This document shows, one piece after another, positions 29,081 to 39,011 of a DNA stretch of 64,000 bases. The notes under the pieces were generated by a model. That model did no database searches, was not told where the DNA came from, and saw only the letters and a list, made by a program, of their open reading frames with translations. The DNA comes from an uncultured Methylomirabilota bacterium (GTDB taxonomy: Bacteria; Methylomirabilota; Methylomirabilia; Methylomirabilales; 2-02-FULL-66-22). Location of the stretch: positions 5,280,001 to 5,344,000 of the forward strand of contig OY970067.1 of NCBI GenBank assembly GCA_963705305.1. The letters are read 5' to 3'. A program made the translations under genes and the position numbers. Position 1 is the first letter of the stretch; each line of letters begins with the position of its first letter.

Positions 29081-29483
29081 GATTTCATCAACATAGCCTG
29101 GATGTGCCGGCCCACCGCCCTCTCGCCTGTGATACTGCGCAAGACGTGCCTGATTCGTGCGGACCACGGAAAATTTCGATAACCTGCCGAATCTACACGA
29201 CCGGCCGGCCCCCCGTCTGCCTTCGCGATGCATCATGGCGGCCCGCAGGACGGACGGGCCCGCCACACCGGATAGGCGAGCGGCGGGCTAACTTCTTGTT
29301 CTGAAGGCCGTGGGCCATCGTGGATACTTTCGGCCTGTAGGGGTCGAGAAGGATACAAGAAGCAGGCCGAGATTCTGACTTGACAATCGCCTCGCAGACG
29401 CGGCATGCTGAGCGGCGCCGGTTGGCGAAGCGTCGCCGGCGGAGGGTGGACCGGAGCCGTGACGCCCTCATGATCAAAACCCG

Positions 29484-30263
29484 ATGACCTCTGATTTCAC
29501 CCCTGCCACCATGCGCCTGCACAATAAAATCGCGTTGATCACCGGAGCCGCCGCCGGAATCGGGGCGGAAATCGCGAAACGGTTCGCGGCGGAGGGTGCC
29601 ACGGTCCTCATCGGGGACTTGAACGCCGTCGAAGCGGAACAGACCGCCGAACGCATCCGCAGCTCCGGCGGCAGTGCCCGCGCTGTCCCGCTCGACGTGA
29701 CCCGGGAGGAGAGCTGGCGGGAGGCCCTGGACGGGATCCGGGCCGCAGAGGGCCGGCTGGATGTCCTCGTCAACAACGCGGGAATCACCAAGCGGATCCC
29801 CATCATGGAGATGCCGCTCGAGGAGTTCGAGGCGATCATGGCGGTCAATGTCCGCGGGGTCTTTCTCGGGATCAAGCACACCTTACCCCTCATGAAGGCA
29901 AAGGGCGGCGGCTCCATCGTGAACATCTCGTCGATCTGCGGCCTGGTCGGGCACAAATTCACGAATGAAACGTACACGACGTCCAAGGGGGCCGTCACGC
30001 TGCTGACGAAGAGCGTGGCGGTCCGGCATGCCCGTGACAATATCCGGTGTAACTCGATTCATCCCGGAACGGTGGATACGCCGATGGTCCAGGAGCTGTT
30101 CAAGGATCCGGAGAAGAAGCGGGAGCGGCTGGACGAGGTGCCCCTCGGCCGGCTGGCCACCGCCCGGGACGTGGCCAACGCGGCCCTGTTCCTCGCCTCG
30201 GACGAAGCGGGCTTCATCACCGGTGCGGCCCTCCCCGTCGACGGAGGGCTGACGGCGTATTGA
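29484..30263 (+). CDS. Short-chain dehydrogenase/reductase
   Basis: TGAAAGIG, NNAG, NISS, YTTSK, DGG; start 29484 or 29511. Confidence 0.92.
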   Translation: MTSDFTPATMRLHNKIALITGAAAGIGAEIAKRFAAEGATVLIGDLNAVEAEQTAERIRSSGGSARAVPLDVTREESWREALDGIRAAEGRLDVLVNNAGITKRIPIMEMPLEEFEAIMAVNVRGVFLGIKHTLPLMKAKGGGSIVNISSICGLVGHKFTNETYTTSKGAVTLLTKSVAVRHARDNIRCNSIHPGTVDTPMVQELFKDPEKKRERLDEVPLGRLATARDVANAALFLASDEAGFITGAALPVDGGLTAY

Positions 30264-30489
30264 GGCGGATCGCCTGCCCTCGCGCCACGCGCGTAACGAG
30301 CCCTCCCCCGGCCATCCTCAGTGGTCTGCTTCATCGCCCTCGGGGCGGCGCCCGAGGATCCCGGAGGCAATCGAGAACGTCGGCCAGGGCACCCCTGCCG
30401 GGGGGCAGCAGGCAGAGCAACCGCTCATTGGTGGAAGACAGTGGAATGTGGACCTGGCCGCCGCACGGCTCGATAGCCTGCACACACCC

Positions 30490-31437
30490 ATGCTTGCCGT
30501 CCTGAACGTCACCACGCCCTTCTTCGCGCTCGTGCTGTGCGGCTATCTGGCCGCCCGGCATCGCATGCTGCCGGAAAACGCGGTACCCGCCCTCAACGGC
30601 TTCGTCCTGTATTTCGCGCTGCCCTGCATGCTGTTTCTCTTTACCGCCGGCAGGGCCTTCCGCGAGATCGTCAACCTGCCGGTGTTCCTGGCCTACATGG
30701 TGAGCGGGCTGGCGGCTTTCGCGATCTTCGCGGCCACGATCCATTTTGCGGCGGGCGAACGCGTGCGCGAGGCGGCCTTTGCAGCCCTCGCCGCGTCGTG
30801 GTCGAACTGGGGCTACATGGGCATCCCGCTGATACCGGCCATTCTGGGTCGGGCCGCCCTGGCCCCGCTGATCGCGGCGGGCATGGCCGATCTGCTGGTG
30901 GTCGTCTCGGCAGGACTGGCGCTGGCCTCGCTGGACGACCGGGGGGACGGCGGTGCCGCGGCAGCGCTCTCGGGCGCGCTGATCCACGTCGCCAAGAACC
31001 CGCTCGTCTGGGCGGTGATGGTGGGCGGGGCGTTCTCGGCCCTCCAGTGGCACCTGCCAGACGCCGTCGATCAGTTCACGCGACTGCTGGGCCAGGCAGC
31101 GGGACCGGTGGCGCTGTTCACCATCGGGTTGTCCCTGTATCGACCGGGCACTCGCGCCTGGCGGGCCGATGTGAGCCTGATCGCCGGCGCCAAGCTGCTC
31201 CTGCACCCGTGCCTGGCGGCCGTGGTGACGGTGTACCTGTTCGCCCTGACGCCGCTGGAAGTCCGCACGCTGGTGCTGAGCGCCGCGCTTCCCGTGGCCG
31301 GCACCGTGTTCCTGTTCGCCGAGCAGCAGGGCGCCAACGCGGAGCGCATCGCCGCCGCTATCCTCGTCTCCACCACCCTCGCCTTCGCGACCGTCTCCGC
31401 CCTCTGCTGGGCGTTCGGCCTCCGGCTGTCCGGCTGA
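30490..31437 (+). CDS. AEC (auxin efflux carrier) family transporter
   Basis: FVLYFALP, SNWGYMGIP, KNPLV, ALFTIG, KLLLHP, AALP; multiple TM. Confidence 0.85.
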   Translation: MLAVLNVTTPFFALVLCGYLAARHRMLPENAVPALNGFVLYFALPCMLFLFTAGRAFREIVNLPVFLAYMVSGLAAFAIFAATIHFAAGERVREAAFAALAASWSNWGYMGIPLIPAILGRAALAPLIAAGMADLLVVVSAGLALASLDDRGDGGAAAALSGALIHVAKNPLVWAVMVGGAFSALQWHLPDAVDQFTRLLGQAAGPVALFTIGLSLYRPGTRAWRADVSLIAGAKLLLHPCLAAVVTVYLFALTPLEVRTLVLSAALPVAGTVFLFAEQQGANAERIAAAILVSTTLAFATVSALCWAFGLRLSG

Positions 31438-31555
31438 GCGTCTCCGGACCCTTCTAGTCCACGGGAAAGCCGGGGATGGAAGGCGGCCGGCACACCCTCC
31501 ATCCCCCGCACCGACACCCTGGAACAGCCGGCGCGGCAGCTATCCGCCAGGAGCG

Positions 31556-32506
31556 CTAGGGCGTGGTGAAGAAAGAGATCACCTCGTGCTGGAAGATGAG
31601 GTGACCCAGCTGCAAGTGCATCATGTGCCCGGCCTGGGGGACCACAACGTATTTCTTGTGCGGGTTCGGCAGCTGCTTGAAGAAGGGAAACAGGCCGTCG
31701 AGGTCGGCAACGTCGTCATACTCCCCGTGGATGATCATGATCGGGACGGGCATGAGCCGCGGATTGATCATGGGCATAATGGTGACCATATCCAGTTGAG
31801 GCCCGGTGGCCGTCCGCTTCTCCACCGCGGCGGCGGCCCGAGCATACGCATCCACCACATCCGGGTCGTTGGCGGAGGCGGGAGTCATCGAGTAGAAGCG
31901 CGGCTTCCACCCCGCCTCGGGGATGCTGATATACGAATTCTTGCGGAACACCTCGATGCGGGGGCGGCGCCGGGCGATGTCAGGGCTGTTCACGTGCATC
32001 TGCGCGAAGCTCACATACCGCTCCACCTTCTGGGGGAAGGCCATCACGAACATGCCGCCATATTGCGTCCCCCAGGACCAGCCCAGTAGGTCCACCTTGG
32101 CCACCCCTCGGAGCTTGAGGACGTAATCCACGACGGCGTTGAGGTCCTCGCTCGCCTCTTGTGTCGTCATGTGGCTCTCGGGATGTGTTGAGCGACCGAA
32201 GCCCCGGGTGTCCAGGGCGAAGACGTCGAAGCCGGCCTGGGCCAGGCAATCCATGAGGCTGTACGAGGGTTTCCCCGGAACCTGCAAGTCGAAACTCTCC
32301 TTGCCCGCCGTCGCCGACCCATGGGCCAGGACGACGACCTTCTTTCCGGCGGGGCTCCCGGCGTATTTCTCCCAGACGTAGAGCTTCATGCCGGCCGCCT
32401 CGACCCAGTGGTCCACCCCCGTGACCTGCTGGGCGGATACCCCAGGCGCACAGGCGAAACTGACGCACGCTGTCAGGACCAATCCTATCAATGTGGATGC
32501 TCTCAT
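31556..32506 (-). CDS. Exported alpha/beta-fold hydrolase
   Basis: Signal peptide; HGS, DTRGFGRS, GWSWG nucleophile elbow, HGEYDD, AGHMMH. Confidence 0.85.
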   Translation of the reverse strand: MRASTLIGLVLTACVSFACAPGVSAQQVTGVDHWVEAAGMKLYVWEKYAGSPAGKKVVVLAHGSATAGKESFDLQVPGKPSYSLMDCLAQAGFDVFALDTRGFGRSTHPESHMTTQEASEDLNAVVDYVLKLRGVAKVDLLGWSWGTQYGGMFVMAFPQKVERYVSFAQMHVNSPDIARRRPRIEVFRKNSYISIPEAGWKPRFYSMTPASANDPDVVDAYARAAAAVEKRTATGPQLDMVTIMPMINPRLMPVPIMIIHGEYDDVADLDGLFPFFKQLPNPHKKYVVVPQAGHMMHLQLGHLIFQHEVISFFTTP

Positions 32507-32887
32507 CGGTGCCTCCTGAGGGTTGACTGCCGTGATCGGGCGTCCGGTCCGGGTCCGTCACTCCCGGGCTGCCCAGGGGGTGAGCGGGTTCGATTGTCTT
32601 TTTCGGAAGGGGAGAGCGGGGGGAACAGAGGTGGGCCGTGGCGCCGCTTGCCGGACAGCCGAACCGAAGAAAGTCCGATGCGCCGCCGCAGCCCTGGGGA
32701 GAGGGATTTCCCTCCGGGGCTCGAGGGCCGCCTTGTCCGGATTCCGCTCCGACCACGACCTGGCCATCGGCGGCCGTGCATCGCCGTACCTAATCCCTGG
32801 GAGAGGCCGGGCCGCACGTCAGCCGGCCTCACCCCAGGATCCGGGCACTGAATGCTGATGTCATGCCGGTGGAACGGGCTGGCTGGA

Positions 32888-32916
32888 ACGCTATGCCGGA
32901 TGGGAGGCGTTGTCAA
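32888..32916 (-). promoter_or_regulatory. sigma70-type promoter giving a long leader to the hydrolase gene
   Basis: TTGACA (32916-32911), 17 nt, TAGCGT (32893-32888). Confidence 0.55.
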
Positions 32917-33201
32917 CAGGCACCGCGAGGATGGATCTGAGGGCTGAACGAAGGAACCAAATGGTCGGACTTGGATTCGTCGGCCCTCCAGGATGTCTCA
33001 CACAGGAAGATTGTTGAGGGAAGGGGATTGTGATAAGAGCGGCCCGAGCCCGCTGACGGCGCGATGTCCCAGTGCAATCCGGTTGTTGGAGGAACGTCGA
33101 GATTCTGGGATCCGCCGGTTGCCCCATCCCTCGCGGATCACCGCGGGCCTTTTTCACCTCTTCGAATGCGGAGTGACGTAGGGGCCGGATGGAGGCGGAC
33201 A

Positions 33202-35442
33202 TCAGCGCGCGGGGGCGCGTTCCAGGGCGCGCCGGATCGCGGCGGTCAGCGGATCGGAGGGAGCGCTGCCCACATATTCCAGCAGCAGGCTCCGGGCCGC
33301 GGGCTGCGGGCTGCGCATCAAGGCATCCGCCGCAGCCCGACGGACCAGCAGGGCATGGTCCGCATCGGAGAGCACGGCCCCCAGCGCGCCAACGGCCGAC
33401 TCCGAAGGGATCACCGCCAGGGCCTGGACGGCTTTCTCGAGGGCGCCAGCTTTCGTCCCTTTGTGAAGCTGGATGAACCGCCCCAGGCCGTCCACCGTGG
33501 CCGGGTCCTTCCGGAACACGAGCTCGTCGAGCGCTTTTTCCGCCAGGCTCGCATCCAGGGTTGTCAGCGAATCCGTCAGGGCGGTCGTCGAGCCGGGGAT
33601 CTGGCATTTCAGCAGGGCAGCCAAGGCCGCCTGTTGCACCCGCGCGTCGGGGTGCTGCAGCACCTCCCGCAGCGCCTGGGGCGTCTCGGGATCGACCAGA
33701 TCTCCGAGGACGTAGCACGCGTTGCGCACGACGTACCAGCGCTCGTCGGACAGCCGCTTTCGCGCTGCCTCCGTCGCGGCCGGCCCGAACTCTGCCAGCA
33801 GGCGCAGCAGCCGCACGCGGTTGGGGGCAACCGTCTCCTCGACCAGGCGCTCGAACACCGCCTCGGCACCGGCGGGGCCCAGCCACGTCAACAGATCCAC
33901 CGTTGTCTTGGCCAACCCGGCGTCGCCGCGCTTTTCCATGTACAGGTTGATCAACGGCCCGGCGCTCGCGGGGGGTAAAAGCTGCCGCAGTGTTTCGCCG
34001 CAGCAGTCCGCGTGCCGGCGACGGTCGCGCGCCCACGATCGATCCAGCGCCGTCCCGACCCGGTGGGCAATCTCGAAGCCCTCGTGGTTCGCGGCCATGT
34101 GGACCAGATCCAGGAGGACGGCAACCAGTAATTCGTGGCATCCCCCCGCGAGGTGGCGGTCGTCCAGCAACTCCGCGCCGACCCGCTCGGCAACCTCGGC
34201 GACGAACGAGGCCGTCACCGGCTCGGCCATGGCCCGGACCAGCTCGACAGCCCGGGGGAGCTCCGCCTGCACGCGGGGGGACGGCGCCGCGAGGAAGCCG
34301 AAGTAATGGCGGGTCACCTCGACGGCCTCGTCGACCTTCTTCGCCTGGAGGGATTCCTTCACGAAGTCGAACAGGTAGCGAAACTGCTGGCTGTCGTACT
34401 GGGTGATCTGCAGGAGGCGATCGCGCTTCTCGCGCCGTGACAGGCTGTGCCACATGACCGCCTGCTGGATCCGATCGAACAGCTCGGGGGGCAGATTTGC
34501 CTCTTCGAGGGTGCGGGACAGCTTTTGCAGGAGGCGGTCCACCATTCGGGTCATATTGAGGCCGACCATCATAACCCGTAAGGCCTCTTCTTCGCCGGTG
34601 GCCGTCAACGCCTGCTCGTGGGCCGCGGCGAGGCGCCGGGTGGCCCAGTGGATCGTCATGTCCTCCAGGGTGTCGGCGGCGATGTCCTCGGCGGGGCGGC
34701 CGCGCAGCTCGGCCTGCTTGTTGGAGGACAGGGATGACAAGAAACGGTCAGGGGTCACCTCCTCCACGACCCGCGCCAGGGCGCTCGCGATCTCGCGGGG
34801 GTCGGTCTTCTGGTCCAGAAAGGCGGTCTCCGCGGCCTTCCCCGCCAGCTCGATGATATCGCTTCCGCTCGGCGGGGCGCTGAAGGCCTTTTCCACCTGC
34901 GCGCAGTGCAAAAGGACGTCCAGAGCCCTGCCGGGCTTGGATTCCTGGGCGGGCAGGTCGTCTCCCGCCATCAAATAGGACTCGGTGTCCATGCCGAGGA
35001 TGGTGTCCCCCTCTTCCGGTCTCTTGACTGGGTGGACCCGTGCCCTGGCGAGTGGATGCGCATCGAGAAACGCCCTGATGCCGCCCTCCTGTTCGAGGGT
35101 CTTCGGCTTGACGGCCAGGATATTCACCGTCTGCTTGAACTCCGGCAAGTCGATCCCTGTCAGGAACGTGACAGCGGCAATGCCCCGCCTCGTGATCTCC
35201 GTGTCCAGCAGGCGCAAGGTCGGCTCGTCGGTCAGGAGGTCGTTCAAGAGCAGGCGGCGATTCATGAAGCCGAAGATCAATTGGGGCATCTGCTGGAGGA
35301 GAGGCTGGAGACTCTCGTGCGCTTGCTGGAGGGCGCGATCAACCGCGGGATGCTCCACCGAATACATGACCGCGGTCTTATACGCGGTCTGGAGGGCGCG
35401 CCCGAATGCCACGCCGTCGATCTTCAGTTGCGCTCTGTCCAT
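33202..35442 (-). CDS. HEAT-repeat domain protein (746 aa)
   Basis: C-terminal repeats LSDERWYVVRNACYVLG, LQHPDARVQQAAL, VRRAAADAL; N-terminal Y..EHP motif. Confidence 0.8.
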   Translation of the reverse strand: MDRAQLKIDGVAFGRALQTAYKTAVMYSVEHPAVDRALQQAHESLQPLLQQMPQLIFGFMNRRLLLNDLLTDEPTLRLLDTEITRRGIAAVTFLTGIDLPEFKQTVNILAVKPKTLEQEGGIRAFLDAHPLARARVHPVKRPEEGDTILGMDTESYLMAGDDLPAQESKPGRALDVLLHCAQVEKAFSAPPSGSDIIELAGKAAETAFLDQKTDPREIASALARVVEEVTPDRFLSSLSSNKQAELRGRPAEDIAADTLEDMTIHWATRRLAAAHEQALTATGEEEALRVMMVGLNMTRMVDRLLQKLSRTLEEANLPPELFDRIQQAVMWHSLSRREKRDRLLQITQYDSQQFRYLFDFVKESLQAKKVDEAVEVTRHYFGFLAAPSPRVQAELPRAVELVRAMAEPVTASFVAEVAERVGAELLDDRHLAGGCHELLVAVLLDLVHMAANHEGFEIAHRVGTALDRSWARDRRRHADCCGETLRQLLPPASAGPLINLYMEKRGDAGLAKTTVDLLTWLGPAGAEAVFERLVEETVAPNRVRLLRLLAEFGPAATEAARKRLSDERWYVVRNACYVLGDLVDPETPQALREVLQHPDARVQQAALAALLKCQIPGSTTALTDSLTTLDASLAEKALDELVFRKDPATVDGLGRFIQLHKGTKAGALEKAVQALAVIPSESAVGALGAVLSDADHALLVRRAAADALMRSPQPAARSLLLEYVGSAPSDPLTAAIRRALERAPAR

Positions 35443-35627
35443 GGCCTCAAGGGAGAAAGAATTCCCGATGATGCCGCCGCTCGACGCGAGGCAACACTGT
35501 AGAGTCTCGGGCGTCCGCGGGGCTTCGCCTTCGAGTGTCCTTCTCCGGCTTTGTCCGCGAGTCTCACTGCCGGACGACGAGTGCAGCGCCTCACAGAGAG
35601 CGAAAGAAAAGCGAGTTAATTGGTCCT

Positions 35628-35656
35628 ACTCTACCGTCTGGGTCGGGCGGAGTCAA
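35628..35656 (-). promoter_or_regulatory. sigma70-type promoter of HEAT-repeat gene
   Basis: TTGACT (35656-35651), 17 nt, TAGAGT (35633-35628); same -10 as the glp promoter. Confidence 0.6.
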
Positions 35657-36227
35657 GGATGTTCCCGGGATTGCCGCCCCCGGCTTTCATGCGTCACAGG
35701 CGACAAGTCGGGGTAAGTCTTGGTGATCCTGGCTGGAGAGCGGATCTTGGACCATGGTCGAATCCTGCGTGAGCTCGCAGACGAGACCTTCGCGCTCCGC
35801 TCCCCCGGACGAGTTGAAAATCCCAGGAGTCAGATCAAGACAATGTGCTCCGACCGGAGGGCGAGCTCACCGTGACCGACGTGGACGGACGCACCCGGCC
35901 AACCGACCGGCGGCTCGTCGCCGTGGGGGTGGTCCGCGCGGGAGCCTTCGCGGAGCTTTCTCGCCCCGCCGCTCGCCGATGGGGAGCGGGCAGGGGCTTG
36001 CGTCAAGGCTTGCGGGGGCTGCCGGCATTCTGGCTCTCCCCCTTTTTCCGGGAGTTGGCCGCCGCCACATGTGCCAGGGCCAGCACCATGCGCGCCACAA
36101 GAGTCGTAGCCGCGTTTCCAGAATCCATCGCACTGAGGCCGCTGGGGATCCATGGCAGGGCTCCAGCGCAACAAATGGCCGCCGACAGGCGGCATAGCCA
36201 TCCACGGGGTGGATATGATCAAGGGTG

Positions 36228-36854
36228 CTAAAGACTGTAGAGGGCCAGCATGTTCCGCAGCAGCCGCGCGGCCCGGTGGGGGTTGAAAATCCCGCAGAGG
36301 CATGGCTTGGCCAGCTCGACAGACGCCTTTTCTACGGTGATTTTATTCTCTTTAATATCCATCACGATCTTCTTCACCAAGCTGCCGGAAACCAGACCAT
36401 GGCCGCACATGGTGACGAAATCCAGGATCTCCGGAGGCCAGAGCTTCTGGCGGTTGCCGTGCACCCCCAGCGCGAACTCGATCAACGGGGGCTTGATCCC
36501 CGCCTGATGGCAGCAGTCGAAGACTTCATCGAACAGACCCGAAACGACGACAGAAATCCCGACATCCTCCTCCTTCAACTCCTTCATGCAGCGGATCAGG
36601 CTCTCCTTATTGTTGAAAACCACCTGGCATCCAACGCTGAGCCGTTGCATAATCTCCTCGGGATTCATCGTGTACTTGTTCCCGACCTTGCAGTCCCCAA
36701 AATGCAGATCGGTATATTTGGTCATAATGCGGGCGATCCGCTGCAACCGGGGGCCGGCGTTCTCGTTGTTGAATCCCCTGGCCACGTGGGTGAGCATGGG
36801 GAAGTCTGCTCGCAAGCTCTCCGGATCCCCGGTCCGGTGCAACGTGTGCGTCAT
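36228..36854 (-). CDS. Uncharacterised His/Cys-motif protein (208 aa), probable metalloprotein
   Basis: Start MTHTLHR after GGAGAGG; motifs GISVVVSG, TMCGHG, CLCGIFNP.RA. Confidence 0.75.
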   Translation of the reverse strand: MTHTLHRTGDPESLRADFPMLTHVARGFNNENAGPRLQRIARIMTKYTDLHFGDCKVGNKYTMNPEEIMQRLSVGCQVVFNNKESLIRCMKELKEEDVGISVVVSGLFDEVFDCCHQAGIKPPLIEFALGVHGNRQKLWPPEILDFVTMCGHGLVSGSLVKKIVMDIKENKITVEKASVELAKPCLCGIFNPHRAARLLRNMLALYSL

Positions 36855-37021
36855 GCGAATCCTCTCCGCATTAATTGGCTTGGGAGTCGCTGGTACGGTC
36901 CGAGCGTGCATCCACGACCCCCGGCCCGGAGACTGACTGCGCGGGGGCACAGACGACGCCGCACTCCGTGGATGTAACCATCACCAGTAATGTCCCTTGG
37001 GGTGATCGGCCAGTAGAGCCG

Positions 37022-37756
37022 TCAGCGGTTCAGGGCCCTTCCCAGGCCCAGGTTTACCTTGCCGTTGGGGTACACAGGGAACCCTGCCTCTTTCACAATC
37101 TGCAGGGCTGGGGCCACCTCTTCCTCCTCGGGGAAAGAGATCAAGTCTACCGAGAAGAGGCAATCGACCTGCAAGGAGACATCCTTTATGGATTCGAGCA
37201 CAGTCCGGAGCTGTGACGGTTTCACCTCGAACTCGAGGATGGCCGAAATCACCTTTTCCCGCCTCAATTCCGGTCTCAATCTGCCAGTCGTCACATCTTC
37301 GAACAGTGAATTGACCGGGTTTCTTGGCTCGAAGGTTATCCCGATCCTTGCAAGCGCCATGGCGATGGTCTCCAGATCTTCCAGGCGGGCACCGATGCCC
37401 GGACGCCCAACCTCTACCGCCATCCCATACGCGCCCCTCTTGAATCGCCCCGAGACCTCGTTCGTCTTCATCTCCTCGGTGCCCCGCCCCGGGACCCCGG
37501 TATTCTTGTGCTCCACCATTGGATCGCTGAAGACCTGCCGTACGGTCCGGGGCCAGGCGATCGGCGGCATGTAGATCGCCTCCGCCTGGCATACCCCGGA
37601 ACGAAGACAGACCCCGCACTCCACGCACTCGTCCTCGTCAATCCTGGATATTCCCCTTTGCGGATACCGCTCATCGCGGTGGCGCTGGATCGCACCCACG
37701 GGACAATAATCCATGCAAAGGGAACAGCCGACGCACTTCCCCGTATCGATCCTCAT
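37022..37756 (-). CDS. 2x[4Fe-4S] dicluster protein with uncharacterised C-terminal domain
   Basis: CVGCSLCMDYCP and CVECGVCLRSGVC; then GRGTEEMKTN, EVGRPG, FEPRNP, KVNLGLGR. Confidence 0.8.
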   Translation of the reverse strand: MRIDTGKCVGCSLCMDYCPVGAIQRHRDERYPQRGISRIDEDECVECGVCLRSGVCQAEAIYMPPIAWPRTVRQVFSDPMVEHKNTGVPGRGTEEMKTNEVSGRFKRGAYGMAVEVGRPGIGARLEDLETIAMALARIGITFEPRNPVNSLFEDVTTGRLRPELRREKVISAILEFEVKPSQLRTVLESIKDVSLQVDCLFSVDLISFPEEEEVAPALQIVKEAGFPVYPNGKVNLGLGRALNR

Positions 37757-37761
37757 CGAAG

Positions 37762-37789
37762 ACTCCGCATTCTCGGCTCCGAGTTCCTC
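37762..37789. repeat. Degenerate heptamer tract abutting start of the Fe-S gene
   Basis: ACTCCGC ATTCTCG GCTCCGA GTTCCTC. Confidence 0.35.
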
Positions 37790-38276
37790 CGGGGCGTCTC
37801 TCTCTTGTCGAAGAAGGATAGCGTAGATGCCTGGAGCCCGGCGGTTCTCCTTTTGTGGGAGGAGGGTAGCGCCCCAAGGACCTGTGCTTCCTTGGGGGGC
37901 GCCACCGCGTTTGGTTCTTAGAATGCGCCCCCGCTACATGGGCAAGAGCCGAATGCCGTCTCCTGCAGGCTTATCTGGGAACGGCTCGATGTCCTGGACT
38001 AGGTCATCACTCGCATTGCCGCATGGAGGATTGGTAGCCATATTCCGATCCGCCAAAACCCAACGATCCAAGAGAATACTGGCTCCCTGTGGAAATCGGA
38101 TATTGGGATAGACCTCCCTCCCTTTTATCGTCATGGCACAACCCACCGGGGTGCTGTCGGACCCCACAGCCGCCAGGCCCACGCTCACCTGGAGCGCCCG
38201 GACGCGCGTATGCAGGTGCCTCCCGACCCCACTCCACCGCAGAGTGTCTTAGCAACTCTCTACGACATGTCCCGCT

Positions 38277-38945
38277 TCACTCCACGAAGGCCACGGCGCG
38301 GACGGGCGAGCCGTCCGCCCCTTCGATGGGGAGCGGCAGGGCCGCAAATCCGCAGCGGGGGACCCCAATCTGATCCAGGTTGGTCAGGTATTCGATGACC
38401 GTGATTCCGACCGGGAAGAAGGCATGGTGCGTCGTGTTGTCCTCGCGTGCGAGCTTCTTGTGAGGTTCAAAAATCATAGTCCGGATGCAGTAGTCGGGCG
38501 GGTAATCATAGCCGACAGCTTTGACTTTTCGCCGAATCAACCAGTCGCAGGCGCTTTGCCCCGTGAAGGGGGCGTCCCTCCAGAACTTCTCCATCTCCAC
38601 GCTGACGCGTCGGGGCCAATCGGTCCGCAGTAAGACGATGTCTCCCGCTCGGATATGCCGACCTTGCCGTTCGATGTCTGCCGCCCTCACCTCCCCGTTC
38701 TCGTGGACGTGGGTCAGGTCCACGACGGCCGCCTCTCCGACCCACTGGTCCACAGGCATCTCAGCGATGTGCCGATTCCCCGGCAGGAAGTGCAGGGGGG
38801 CATCCACGTGCGTAAACGCATGACAGTGGACGGTCAACACGGTGGACTGGGACAGATCCCCCCGTGCGTGGGACGTTCGTAGCTCCGTTGCCACCTTCCA
38901 GCGAAAGTGCGGCCTGATCGGAAATGTCAGATCCACGATGCGCAT
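38277..38945 (-). CDS. Cyclase family metal-dependent hydrolase (kynurenine formamidase-like)
   Basis: HAFTHVDAPLH, GDIVLLRT, VIEYLTNL, GADGSPVRA. Confidence 0.88.
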   Translation of the reverse strand: MRIVDLTFPIRPHFRWKVATELRTSHARGDLSQSTVLTVHCHAFTHVDAPLHFLPGNRHIAEMPVDQWVGEAAVVDLTHVHENGEVRAADIERQGRHIRAGDIVLLRTDWPRRVSVEMEKFWRDAPFTGQSACDWLIRRKVKAVGYDYPPDYCIRTMIFEPHKKLAREDNTTHHAFFPVGITVIEYLTNLDQIGVPRCGFAALPLPIEGADGSPVRAVAFVE

Positions 38946-39011
38946 CGTAATTCCCCCATGCAGATCGGCACAGCCTCCTTGACTCTGGCAAAATCACATG
39001 CCCCCGACCGG

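Noticed and set aside
32700..32800. Definite ykkC/guanidine-I riboswitch call
   Set aside because: Core UAGGGUUCCG and GGGAxAAAAGCCCG segments are not matched; kept only as an unassigned structured leader.
35754..36231. Short overlapping ORFs between the HEAT gene and the His/Cys gene
   Set aside because: No RBS, motif or consistent coding signal; may be a decayed gene but cannot be supported.
37934..38255. Small ORFs between the cyclase gene and the Fe-S gene
   Set aside because: No motifs; the region looks regulatory (hairpin at 37865-37906) rather than coding.
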